Source: Anthoceros angustus (lineage: Eukaryota > Plantae > Anthocerotophyta). From it: DNA of 64,000 nucleotides. The notes under the pieces are model-generated. The model worked only from the letters and a program-made list of their open reading frames with translations, was not told the DNA's origin and did no database searches. Both the position numbers and the translations under genes were made by a program. The DNA lies in NCBI GenBank assembly GCA_010909165.1, contig VJWM01000011.1:1054001-1118000 (forward strand). The letters run 5' to 3'. Shown here in pieces: positions 1 through 11,369 of the stretch (within the stretch, counting starts at the first letter, position 1; each line of letters starts with the position of its first letter).

Positions 1-17
1 TCCAAGGCCTTGCCTCG

Positions 18-1935
18 TTACTGCTTGCCCTTGTACTGGCTCATCTCTTCCTTGTACCTTTCCTGGCCTGCAAGGGCCTTTTCCGCCCACACTTTCTTGC
101 CAGCGTCGCCCAGGTCCTGCGGAACATATCGCCCGCACTTGTGAGAAACAGAAGCACAGATACAAACCGTCTTGCAGATGAAATACAGGTGTGCCGGACT
201 TGCCTGCCACAGCTTCGACACGATTGTGGTGATCTCCCCCAGCTTAGCTCCAGGGTTCGCGGTTCTCACTTCCTGCTGCTTCTCCTTCCTGCACCATACG
301 ACTTTGTTAGCAATCACGACTCGTGACAGGCAGAAGAACCATGAGTAGATGCAGCTCAGCATCTTACGTAAACAGGTTATACGCAGAGGGTGCCCTCTTC
401 GGCTTGTTAGGGTCCTTCATCTGCACTTTGACTTTTGCTTTCATGGACACTCCGTCTTTTGCACCCTGTGCCACCACAATGTTAAGGTGAGCAAGCAAAC
501 TCAGAATTAATGATATCCACAAGAACATCAAGCCTACGGCATCAAAGAGAACTTACCTTCTTCCTTAGAGAGGGAGAAGACTCGGCTTCATCTCCTTCCT
601 CGTCGTCGCTGCCAGGTACCTCAGCCTGATCACGGGAACATTCCACTCAGTCTCAAACAGAAAGGGGGAATCGACTGAGCACACCGAAAATATTCCTTAC
701 ATCGCCCTTCTTCAGCTTATAGGCTTCAATCTCACTTGCATAACGGAGTTTGTCTTCAGCGGCAATCTGAAAGCACAAGTAGTGCAAAGAGAGAACGGGG
801 ATCAGAAATTGCGGTTGACTACTCATTCATGCTGCGAAAAATTGATACTGCAGCCCTCATTACCTTCATGTAAGGGCTCTTAGCTTCATCACTGAGATTC
901 TTCCACTCTTCTCCAAGAACCTTTCCCGTCTGTAAAAGAAGCGAACGTCAAGGGGTAACAAAGGCTGGAATTCCGGCGTAATTGATCCACAGCCGAGACA
1001 AATGCGGCACACTTACTTCAGTGAACGAAAGATTCCGTTCAGAACGGAGAATTGGACGTCTCTCCGCAGAGTAAACAAAGAAAGCAGACAATGCCTTCTT
1101 CGGAGCTTCGGGGTCCTTTGTTTTCCTGGGACAAGAATAAACCTGTAAGATTTGGAACAAAACATAAACACACCATGAGCTCTTGAAGGCGCGCCTGTAC
1201 CTCTTTGGCTTGCTTTCCTCGACTTCAGGCTGCAGGATTAACAACAGACAAGCTGAGTCAAGGGTTTCAAGACTTAAAACAGACAAAAACATCAATAATA
1301 AAAAAAAAGGCCGAGATCCTCACCGGACTTGCCCGAGCTTGGGCCCTCTGCAGCCTCTTCAACTTCACCTCCCTTTTCTCCTGTGCTTCACTTTTCAGCT
1401 GGAGAGCAGCGGCCTGCTGGTCTAGCTTCGCCTGGATAGCCTGAAGCCGGGCTTCGTGCTCGTGCAGCTCGGCCGCCTTCTTGTCCAGGTCCATGCGCTC
1501 CATAGTTTGCGTCACAGCGGCCACGTCCTTGTCGAGGCAGTCTTGCAGCGGCATCTCCTTCTTTTTGGAGGCTCTCTTGGTGGCCTTGACAGCTTCAGGC
1601 TGAGGAGCATCAGCAGCGGGCGCCTCAGGGGCAGGGGCCTCGGTCGGTGGAGCATCTTCAGCCACCGGGGCCTGCGCCGCCTCCACGGCCACAGCCTTGG
1701 GTACCTTGGCAGTCCTTGCAGCCCTCTTAGGCCCGACAGGGACGGCATTCACCAAGTTTTCCTTGTCCACCTCCGGCATCGGGGCCGCCTCCACCACCTT
1801 CGCGCTCCTAGCCTTCTTGGCGTAGACAACAGTCTTCTGTTCAGTCACTTCGTCTGCCGGGAGCTCCGTGGGAACATGCATTTCCACCAATGCGGCTGCG
1901 GGCACGACCGCTCCACGGGCCTTGCGAGGAGGCAT
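18..1935 (-). CDS. Multi-exon HMG-box protein, 3xHMG-box-family-like but with only two HMG boxes
   Basis: Exon 1 (1935-1324, 204 aa) is a basic/Ala-Pro N-terminus plus a coiled coil (DKDVAAVTQTMERMDLDKK...EVKLKRLQR) resembling the 3xHMG-box N-terminal region. Spliced box 1: KTKDPEAPKKALSAFFVYSAERRPIL...|TGKVLGEEWKNLSDEAKSPYMK|IAAEDKLRYASEIEAYK. Box 2: KDPNKPKRAPSAYNLFT|..VRTANPGAKLGEITTIVSKLWQ|DLGDAGKKVWAEKALAGQERYKEEMSQYKGKQ*. Splice sites keep the frame. Confidence 0.85.
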
Positions 1936-2309
1936 TTCGGCAGCTACGAGAAGCGGGGAGGAGAAGCGGAAACCCTACCGCTGCTGCAGTTGGGACTCGG
2001 AGCAGAGGACGGGCAGTCTGGAGCTAGACGAGAGGCGAGGGGGAGAATGGACTAGGCGGGAGTGCGAGGTAGGCTTTTGACAGGACCAACTCAACGGTCC
2101 CTTTTCAAACGCTACTTGAATTTTCGAAAGTGAGAGCGCAATTCATGTGTCAACGGCTACACGAACCGTGGTTAAATCGGACAATCCACAACTCGACCAA
2201 CCACGTCCACTCCAGCCCTTGTAGTGTACATATGTATGTACATTCCATAGGCATGTTCAGTGCCACATAAAGGCATTGAGGTTGAGGCATTCCAAATTCC
2301 AATATCCTG

Positions 2310-5300
2310 TTTTTTTTTTGGGAACCAGACTTTTATAGAAATAAGCCCGAGGAGACCGGAAAGTCTGAGTGGGCAAGAACAATCATGAGACAGGGAGAGG
2401 ATCACCCTGCACAGAGGTGTCTACCTACCAGATGCACAGCCTACCACGCGAATAGAGAGAGCATCCAGACCCTAAGGCAAGCCACGAGCCCACCCCTACA
2501 TCAAGAAAAGTTCAGAGGGAAGCGGGCAGGAGGACGAGTCCTCCTCCAGAGCCAAGTTCATACAACGAAGAAAGAAGGGTTTGACCTTGATCTTCTGGGC
2601 ATGTTCATACAATAAAACTGCCGAGAGGCAGGAAGAGTTGCCATACCGGATTGAGTACCGGTAAGGCATAGGAGAATTGGAGCATGGTACAATAGAGCAG
2701 TACCTGGAACAATGAAAAAACCCTGTACCCGGAAAAGCATAGAGGCCGGGACAAAGATCCTGTCCAGTCTCCTCACAATAAGGTTTTCTTGGAGATTTGT
2801 CCAGCTATAGGACAGCGAGCTGGGTTGCCCGAGGGCAGGGTGAGCCGACCAAGGGTCTTCTAGATTGAGCCATGCATCCCTTAGTTCCACCAGACTGCAA
2901 CACAAGGGGTTCAGAGAACCCCTATTTCACACCTCACTTTCCATTGTTGTAATCCCCTGCCAAAAGCCAGGGGATAGCAAAATCAAGCTTGCCTTTGATC
3001 CATCTCTAGAGGGCAGCCCGCTGAGGGGAGTGAATCGGCGCATAGACATTGCAAATTCCCACCACCCCACAGGGGAGTTGCAGTGTAACCCATTGGCAGG
3101 CCAGTTCTAGGTTAGAACCCGCCCCACAAACCTTGTTCTCTAGAGAGGGATGGATTGTGATAGACAGTCCACCCTTGGTACCATCCGTCGGGACCCAAAA
3201 TGTCTTCCCTAGGATGTAGAGCTTTTTCAGCCCTAGATCCTGAGTTTTACGGGCACGAAGCTTATGCTCTTGCACACAAAACACATTCCACTCCACGTTG
3301 GACTGAAAATAATTACAAAGCGCACAACATTTCGAGTCTCTCTTTGACCACCTAGAAAGCCCATGAACATTCCAGGAGAGAACTTGAAGGTGTTGGCTGC
3401 GCAAATACCTCAGAGGTGTATAATCCTTTAAACCACAGCCTTGGGAGCAACCGCCCCAGCGGTTCTAAGGCTCCTGCAAGCCTTTACCTTAGTAGCAGAA
3501 ATGGACGTGGTGGGTGCAGGGTTGCTATCGATGACTCCCAGAACCTACCATGGCCAGGTGACACCAAAGGCATCACTGCTTTTCCACACCCACTCCAGGC
3601 GTAGGGCGCCATCCGAAGGAGGTTGCGATGGAGTGATTCACGCGAAAATCTTGGGTGATTGAACTAGCTCTTCCTCCAGGCCTTGTATGAAAGTGATGGC
3701 ATCTCTGGGATCCAAGGCCCCTTCCCCAGGTTGCGGATAGCGCAGTGCTGCCTGTGGAGGATGCAAATTGTAACCTTAGAGGCTCCCGCCGAGACACCAT
3801 GGCCTCACCCCGCCTCCCGAGCCTCAGAGACGCAAAGCTCGCAATGAAAGTGGGGTCAAGATCTCCCCATGTGCGAGAGCCGAAGGAAGCGCACACGTCC
3901 GAGTCCATGTCATAATCGCCCTGTTTAGCCAGCCTATTAGTGACAATAGGCACAACCGGGGTGGATGAGGCAGGCAAAATGGAATCCAACCCCTCTATGG
4001 GTGTTGCCAGAGAATCGCCAGAATTGCCGTCCATTACCACTCCGGGTGATGAACTCGTATGGGCGGTAGCATATATGCCATCACCAAGGGTGTACCTGCG
4101 CTTCTTCCCCCGAGCGCCCAGAATGGCCACGGTAGAGTTGTTCTCATTTGCGGCCACAGAGTGGTGTTCATCTGACATCCTCAACATGCCCGCTTAGAAG
4201 GGAATGGTCGACACCCGCCTCTCCTATCCGGGCCGTGAGTTCGTTAGAGGCGAGGAGCAATCATGGAAGGGAGGCGAGGTCAAATGTCCACAATCGCAGC
4301 AGCCAAACTAACATCGGCACCCATTGGCGAAGATGCCAGCTTCGGAGGGGAAGCTAGCATCTTGCAGCGGCCACTAGTTAGCTCAGCTAAGCTAAAGATG
4401 AAACATGGGGTGGAGGCCGGGGCTGGGCTGGTCGGGACAAGGCTGGGGTATCCTTGGGATGTTCGAAAAAGCCGATTTCAAAACCACTAGAGTAAAGGGA
4501 TGGCCGATCGGTGGGGGATTCAGGGGTGGCGATACAGATGAGGGCTTGCGTCACAAGCTGGGCTTAGGGAAGATTGGGTGTGGAAGTAGTGGGGATGGTA
4601 GATATGGCAACATGGTTAGCCTTGGATGGGCAAGAAGGAGTACATAGGATGGCAGATGTGACGGGATGGGAGTCCTGCGGGGAAAGGATGGAGGTCGGGT
4701 TTGGATCAACCCAGTCAACCATGGGTGTGTCAGCAACCGGGGGATAAAGAGCAGCTACGATGGCAGTGAGTTTGAGGGGGGTGGGGAGTGAAGAAGGGGG
4801 GATAGAAGGAATTTGCCTGTTGGAGGACAGGCTAGGGGACGAGCTGTGAGAAGTAGTGGTAATTGGGGCCTCTGGTCAAGTGTCCATCACGTCCTGCGCC
4901 AGAGTGAGAGTGGGGGTGGAAGTGGTTGGGGGAGGAGGTGTAGCCGAGCCGAAGAACTGGAGTTGTTTTTTGGCACCAGGCTTGCTACAGGATGGAGGGT
5001 CTGACGTTGGCTGATGTCTAGATGATTTGTGTTTGGAAGGGCCGGTAGGATTTTTGTTGACTAGGGTTGGGGGCTTCACGGTTGGAGAGGGCAAAGGACC
5101 AGAGTTCAGGACAAGTTTGTGAGCCTTCAGTTTGCTCGGAGGAGAATTTGGGGTACTCTTTAGTTGCTTCGACTTGCAAGGGGACTGCTTTTTTGGGGAC
5201 TGGAGAGAGGATAGGGAGGAAATGGTTGGAGTGGCGTTGGGCAGGGAGGGAATGATCAGAACCACCGGAGGCTTAGAGGACACATCGGGGAGGGGAGGCA

Positions 5301-6050
5301 ACTCAAGACCCATAGCATCTTCACAAGGAAGCACGGTGCTTGCCTTTGCACCATTTAGAACCTTTTTCCAGCGGTTGCTAGAGTTGCCATGCCCTGTGCT
5401 GGCATCTACACAACGCTCCCTCACAGGAGATCCAAAGCCCGTAGCCGGACGTCCCTTGATGTGAACAGAACCTGGAAGAGTAATTTTGGTGGGTTGGAGC
5501 TCCAGCCCAACTACAAGGTCAGAGCCTTGGCGAGAATTCTGGTATTAAAGGTGGCTATGCCCTTTCCCTTTACCACATCTCTGGTAGCTTCTCTGAACAA
5601 GTCTTCACGTACCTACTATTTTTTGGAATGAGGGCCAGAGTCAAAGTCCTCCTCGACCTCGTAGAAGAAGCAAAAGAAGACTGAGGCACAATAGTCCTCA
5701 ATGGTATGCAGCACAGCGAATGCTGGGCTGGAGGTAAACCGGTCCTACTCCCTAGCAACCATGAGTGGCGGGAATTCGGTTGTTAAAATACCATGCAGCT
5801 TTTCCTGAGCATCCTCCCACAGCTTATGAGTGTCTAGTTCTGTGGCAGAGGAGGGCTTGAATAGAGCGCATGGGATGGCGACAAACTTGTCGATGTCCGG
5901 AATCCCAAAGGAAGTGCCCTGCCTGCTTTTCTTCTAGAGGATCAAGCAAACCCGAAGGTCGATATAATCTGCAACTTGTTGCTCAAAAAGTTGAGCACTC
6001 TGTGGACTACGGACTTCCCTGGGGGGTTAGAAATTAGGTAGGGTTTTGTT
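2310..6050 (-). mobile_element. Degenerate L1-clade LINE: ORF1 remnants plus APE endonuclease; RT not recognisable
   Basis: 3404-3006 reads LQVLSWNVHGL...FCVQEHKL...ICNVYAP; 2905-2558 reads LVELRDAWL...LRRLDRIFV...HAPILL. These are APE endonuclease motifs. Broken Pro/Ser/Lys-rich ORF1-like frames lie upstream (3573-5760). A10 tract on the minus strand at 2310-2319. Confidence 0.75.
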
Positions 6051-6063
6051 TTTTTTGTAGGAG

Positions 6064-9000
6064 TAAAGGATAAAATGAGGCGAAAAAGGGGAAATAACCG
6101 TTAGCACTGGACGGCACTGAGTATACTCCGACTGAGTGAACGCACCTAGACCTACGATGGCGCATAAGGTAACGGGTAAGTCCGGACCCACCTGTGACCA
6201 GTGTGATAAGTACGCCAGGAAAGTAACTTAGAAGTTGGGCCGAAGGACTGACCAGGCGACGCCACGTGACGACCCGAGTGGAGGACGGCATGCAGGGTCA
6301 GACCGTGAACCTTGCCGCAGGCCGTTATAGTATTCACGCCTGGCCGCGCGCGAGGGCCGAGCACGCCGCGAAGGCTGCAGTGCACAGAGCCGAGTAAGCC
6401 ATGCACCTGCGCCACTGTGAAGAGGCGCCCCGCCTGGCATTACTCAAGGCGTGGTCGCGAGAAGGTGCTACCGCGCACCGACAATTTCGCGATCCCTTGC
6501 GCCCCGCACCGCTCGCGGTATCTCGGGACACTCGACGCTCGCACGCGCTCACCGCTGAGGTCGGAGAGCAACGCGCCAAGAAGGCGCAACGCCGCTAGCC
6601 TCACAAGCGGCTACAGAACCAAGGAGGAGAAGGCGATGGCACCCAAAAGCCCGGAAGTTTGGGAGCCATGGAACCTTGTGGAGCGCAACATTGTGACCCG
6701 CGCTATCCGGACTTTGGGCTCGCCCAGAAGCGGAGAATTGGTGTGGAGTGGCATTTGGATGTGTTCCATGGTCCGACATTTGACAAGGTCACCGTCCGGA
6801 GTTTGCCCTAAGATGTCAAGCGGTCAATAAGGAGGTGCGGTCCAAGAACCTCCGGAGGACCCAAGGCGATGGACCTTGAGGTCCCGGCGCGGCTACAACC
6901 GCCCCAAGGAGGAAGAGGGGAGGGTGCCGAGCCCTCAAGGCGAAGGGAAGATACCACCACGCTGGCTTAAGGCTCGACGCAACGGACCACCAACGGTTGG
7001 TCGATATCCGACTGACAGCCGAGTCGTGCGGCCGGATCATCGCCCATCGGAACCTACTCACCAAGGTGGATCACCTTGGTGATAATCTATTGGTGTTCCC
7101 GCACGCTACCGCAGGAAGAGGGCGACTGGGAAGGATTATCTTCGGCTTAGCTGTGAGGCTCGCAAGCTCAGACCGAGAAGCCTCGCCATCCCGCCCCATA
7201 CCGATCCATGTATGGGGGCATGGAAGGAAGGAGCTTGAGCGAGCGCCCGGAAGGACCGGAGGCCCCGCCGAGCGGCAAGGGCGCCGAGGGAGGAGGCCGT
7301 CAAAACCAAACGGACTCGGAGGAGGACGATCGAGGATTCCTGACTCCATACGCTGAACGGACCCCTCACCACCTGTGGAAGTATGGAAGCACCCCGCCTC
7401 CTCCTTCCGTGCCCCAACCGTAATACCACCCAGCAGAAGCACCCCAGCAGCCTCCGCCATCACTCCTACCGAGGAGCCCCGACTGTGAGAGAGCCAAGAA
7501 ACGCAAGACCACGGCTTAACGCTACCCCGCCGGCTGAAGATTCTTCCCCGCGACGAGTGGCAAGAAGCGGAGGAAGCGGAGGGCGTAAGGGACGCCGCCT
7601 GTGGAGCAGGAGGACACCGCGGTGATCCAGAGCCGGGGTCCTGCCGATGTGAAGGGGCAAAGGGCGTGCTCCTGACTCCATCACCTCCGCCGAGCCCTGT
7701 GGAGGAAAAGGGCGAGAAGGAGCTCGCCAAAAGGGCCAAGGAGGGGAAGCCCGAGCCAAGACTCGTGACCTAAGGGTCCCGATTGTCCGAGAACCCACCG
7801 ACTTGCTCCGGATCGGTATGGAGGTCCTGACGGAGTGAGATGCCGGCCCCGCCACGGACTTTGTGGGAGCCTCACTGGCCGCCGGAGGAAACACGGCGGT
7901 CCTGCTACCGCCATGGACGGTATGCCTGGGGTCTCAAGGGATGGCCGAGAAGACCTGTGAGGTGGAAGCCACCCGAGGCGCATGGTACTCCTCCGTGAGC
8001 AGCTGAGGGAGCCCAGAGGCGAGAAGGAAGGCCAAGCTCGGCCGGATTGAGGAAGGAAAACGCCGGAGGCGGAGAGGGAGGTCCGTCCATCCGCAAGGAC
8101 CGACAAATTCCTTCACCGGAGGAACAAACAAGGTGCCAAGGAGGCCCAAGCGCGGCGGAGGACCTCGCAGTGAGGGGCGAGCGCAGCAGAAGCGAGGACG
8201 CCCGGCGCGAACGGGCGCGGATCTCGCGGAGGCCTGACCGACCAGAGCCAAGCCGAGAGGCTCAGTGAAGGTGGCCAAGGAGGCGGAGGCCACGGGGCCG
8301 ATCGCGATCACTATCGGCGTGATCGAACCGTGGAGGAGGCGGCCGAGAGAGCCACGGCCAAGGCCGAGCAAGTGGTCATGGAGCAGCACGAGGGAGGCAT
8401 CGAGGCCAAGACCCGGGAGATTGGGGACCCTGTGGTGCACCGCAGGAGGTAGAAGGGCGGCAGGAGCCGGAGGACAACAAGGACACCTTGGAGTTGCAAC
8501 CCAAGATGCACGGAAAGCAGGGGTTCTCAACGAGAGAATCCAAGACTTCGAGCGAGAGGTAGAACGCCCAGCCCGCTTGAAGACGGAGGAGAATAGGCGG
8601 CGGCAAGGAGTTCGACGCAAGGTTGCAGCAGGATGTGGCGAAGCCGTGAGCCTGACGGGATACCCGCCTGGAGAAGGAAGTGGAGGACCTCCGGAAAGAA
8701 TAGACGAAGGGAAGAAAGCATCGAGGAAAAGGCTACAGCTCGTCCGGCCAGGGAAGGAGGAGCTCACCCATGGCCCGAAATCAAGTGAGCCAACAACGAC
8801 GGAGGAGGAGAACGCCGAGCAGCAAGGTTGCAAGAGGTAATCTGAGGCAGCCTTGACGGCCTCAAGGGAGTCCGCCCATACCGTAAGCTTGGCCACGGAG
8901 AGCGCCAGGCCGGGCGATCCGCCTGCCACGAGCACCTCCGAGGAGGGAGTACCGGTGCCCGGCTCATGTAGAGGAGGCGATTCAAGTCGATTCCGACCGC

Positions 9001-10484
9001 TTACTACCACGCAGAGCTCCTCAAGGCTCGGAGGTCCCGCGCCACCCCAGGCAGGAGGGTGGACTCCAAGGGAAGGAGGAGCGAGAGGACGGACCCGGGA
9101 CAAAGACAACCGCTGGAGTCCTAGGAGCGCTGCTTGACGACGCAGCAGAGCGAAGGAGAGCAGGAGGAACCGGAGGAGGAAGGCCACACCGAGGTAAGAC
9201 TCAGACCTCGCATGGAAGGACGAGGGAGGATCTTGAGAGGAAGGGAAAGGTGCAACCGGGCATTCGGGAACCAAGGGAGGGCTCAGGATGAACCCATGAC
9301 CAGCCCGGGAGGCATGCCCAGACTCGAGGTCCTGACTTTGTCCGACTCGAGGAAAGGCCGATCCCGAGGTCCGCCTCAAGGAAGTCCGACTTAGGGATCC
9401 ACTCAGTGACGATGACCCGAGGTCCGGACCCTGGGAAGGGTTGGGTCCAAGACCGACCAGAGGTCCGGACCCGAGGTCCGGACTCGAAAGAAGGCCCTGT
9501 GAGACCGGACTGAGGGAAGACTGACCTAGAGGTCCGGACCGAGTCGAGGTCCCGAGGTCCAAACTCGGGAGTGGGGAGAGCCACCATCACCAACCCCAGC
9601 AGATCCAGCCTTGAGGGCCCATCGCAGGGCCCAGAGAGAGAAGAGGAGGACGAGGAAGACTTGTTGTCGCCGCCGCCACGGTGGCGCATGGCAACCCTGG
9701 AAGAGGAAGGGCCCGCCCGCGGATCATCCGACGCCTGGCTGTGGCTCGGCTTTGGGCCGGTGCCAAGAAGGAATGGCTATCCCACCCCACCACCGACGGC
9801 GATAGCTAATAGGGTAGTAGTAGGCCGGCACACCGAAATGGCCCTCAGTAATAGAGGTGTAATAAAGGCGCCACCTTCGCGAGAGTATAAGAGGGCTAAG
9901 GCCGCCAATAAATCATCTTTCTTGGTGTTGATGCCGCTCTGCACCTTTGTGTGTCTTCTGCTAACGTGAGTCCCGAGTCACCGAAAGGTGCACGGCGCCC
10001 GGGAGATTGATCGTGGTCCCGTGACGGACCTAACGTGTTGTGGTGTGTGCGTGGAAGGGTGATCGTGACCCGTGCTCGCCCGAGCCGCCCAAAGACCGAA
10101 CGGATCGAACGTGAGCCGGAGGAACTCCGGAGGGCGGCAGAGTCTGGACGGAGAGGCCCCGAACGACGAGGAGGTCCGGACTGTAACCCGCCTTTTTTCT
10201 AAGACCGAGGAGTGTAGCGTGAGGGGAGAGAGGAAAGGACCGGAAGTGTGAGGACGAATGAACGATACGGACGCGAACGGGTCCCTAAACGCTTGGCCAT
10301 ACCGCTGACGGTGAACGCGCAGTAGTTAGGTGTGAGGTCGAACGAGCGCAGTAAGAATCATCTGAAACGCGGCAAACGGCGCCTTTCATTCCCTTGGGAA
10401 CGGACTTCTTCCTACAACGACACGGGATTGTGCGCGCCCGGCTGGCCATCAGTGAAAGTCGCGCCACACACTCCATCGACAACA
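6064..10484. mobile_element. Probable non-autonomous/degenerate LTR retroelement-like sequence
   Basis: GC-rich block with broken low-complexity and coiled-coil ORFs (e.g. 8265-8840 LNERIQDFEREVERPARLKTEE) and short internal GAGGTCCGGAC repeats at 9400-9560. The right end ...CATCGACAACA (10484) resembles an LTR terminus. No gag/pol motifs found. Confidence 0.35.
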
Positions 10485-10579
10485 AATTTGGTTGATGTCT
10501 GTGTTTTGATTTGCTCTCTGCAGACGAGGCAATACATATCCAAGCAAAGTAGCCATTTCTTTAGCAAATGGCTTCCCGC

Positions 10580-11200
10580 AACGTTGCCAAGCCATAAACG
10601 GGCAAGTACTTAGTAAATGGTCCGCTTTGCCACACTTTCTATATCTTGTAGGGAGATTGGGGTAGTTAAATTACTAAATGACATTGTCCTTTGGGTTGTC
10701 AGAAAGCACCAGCATCACCCCAGCAGGGAGGTCATGGATGGAAGACACCATAATTCCAAATCGAGCAGTAGTCCCCAGCCAGAGATCCTTGGTGGTGACC
10801 GGCCTGGTATACACTTCCCCTAAGATGCGAACCATGTCTTCTGCAAACTCGTAAAGATATGGGATGAGCCCAGGGAGCTCAATCCACACAAACGTGCGTT
10901 TCTTGTGTGGTCTTTGCAAGGGTTCCCACAGTCCAAGGTTCCATTGCAACCGGGCAGTTCTCCCTGAAGCCAAGACCTTTGGAAACGACCTCTTCGGCGA
11001 AAGCATGGGTAAACACCATAAATTTTGAAGGGGGGGAATATACAAACCCCCTTCAAGGAAAAAATAACCCCTTTGACGGAAAAGACACCATCCACAAAAT
11101 GCGGAAAACGGTTGTTTAATACGCATACACTGTATGCATATCCCTAGCGGAAAACCAAACGAAAATGGCATCCTCACGTTTTACATGGCGCCGCCGCTAC
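10580..11200 (-). pseudogene. DUF4283-like plus CCHC zinc-knuckle ORF remnant
   Basis: With frameshifts: ...VAMEPW...TFVWIELPGLIPYLYEFAEDMVRILGEVY...TARFGIMVSSIHDLPAGV..., then RYRKCGKADHLLSTCP (Cx2Cx4Hx4C with the first Cys degenerate). Confidence 0.6.
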
Positions 11201-11369
11201 GCAATCGCTTACTAACAGAGCACAGTAACAACAAAATTTGAGAAAAGACCCATTGTTAATTTTAAGAGGGTCGAAACATCCGAACATGCGTTTTCTCAGA
11301 GCAACTGCAAAACTAAACACCTACACCCGCTTAACATAGGCAGATTTTGCTAATCGCTCATGTTGTTCT

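Noticed and set aside
7934-9562. 542 aa minus-strand ORF as a host gene
   Set aside because: Low-complexity Ser/Pro/Gly sequence from GC-rich TE-like DNA with no domain; likely a shadow frame.
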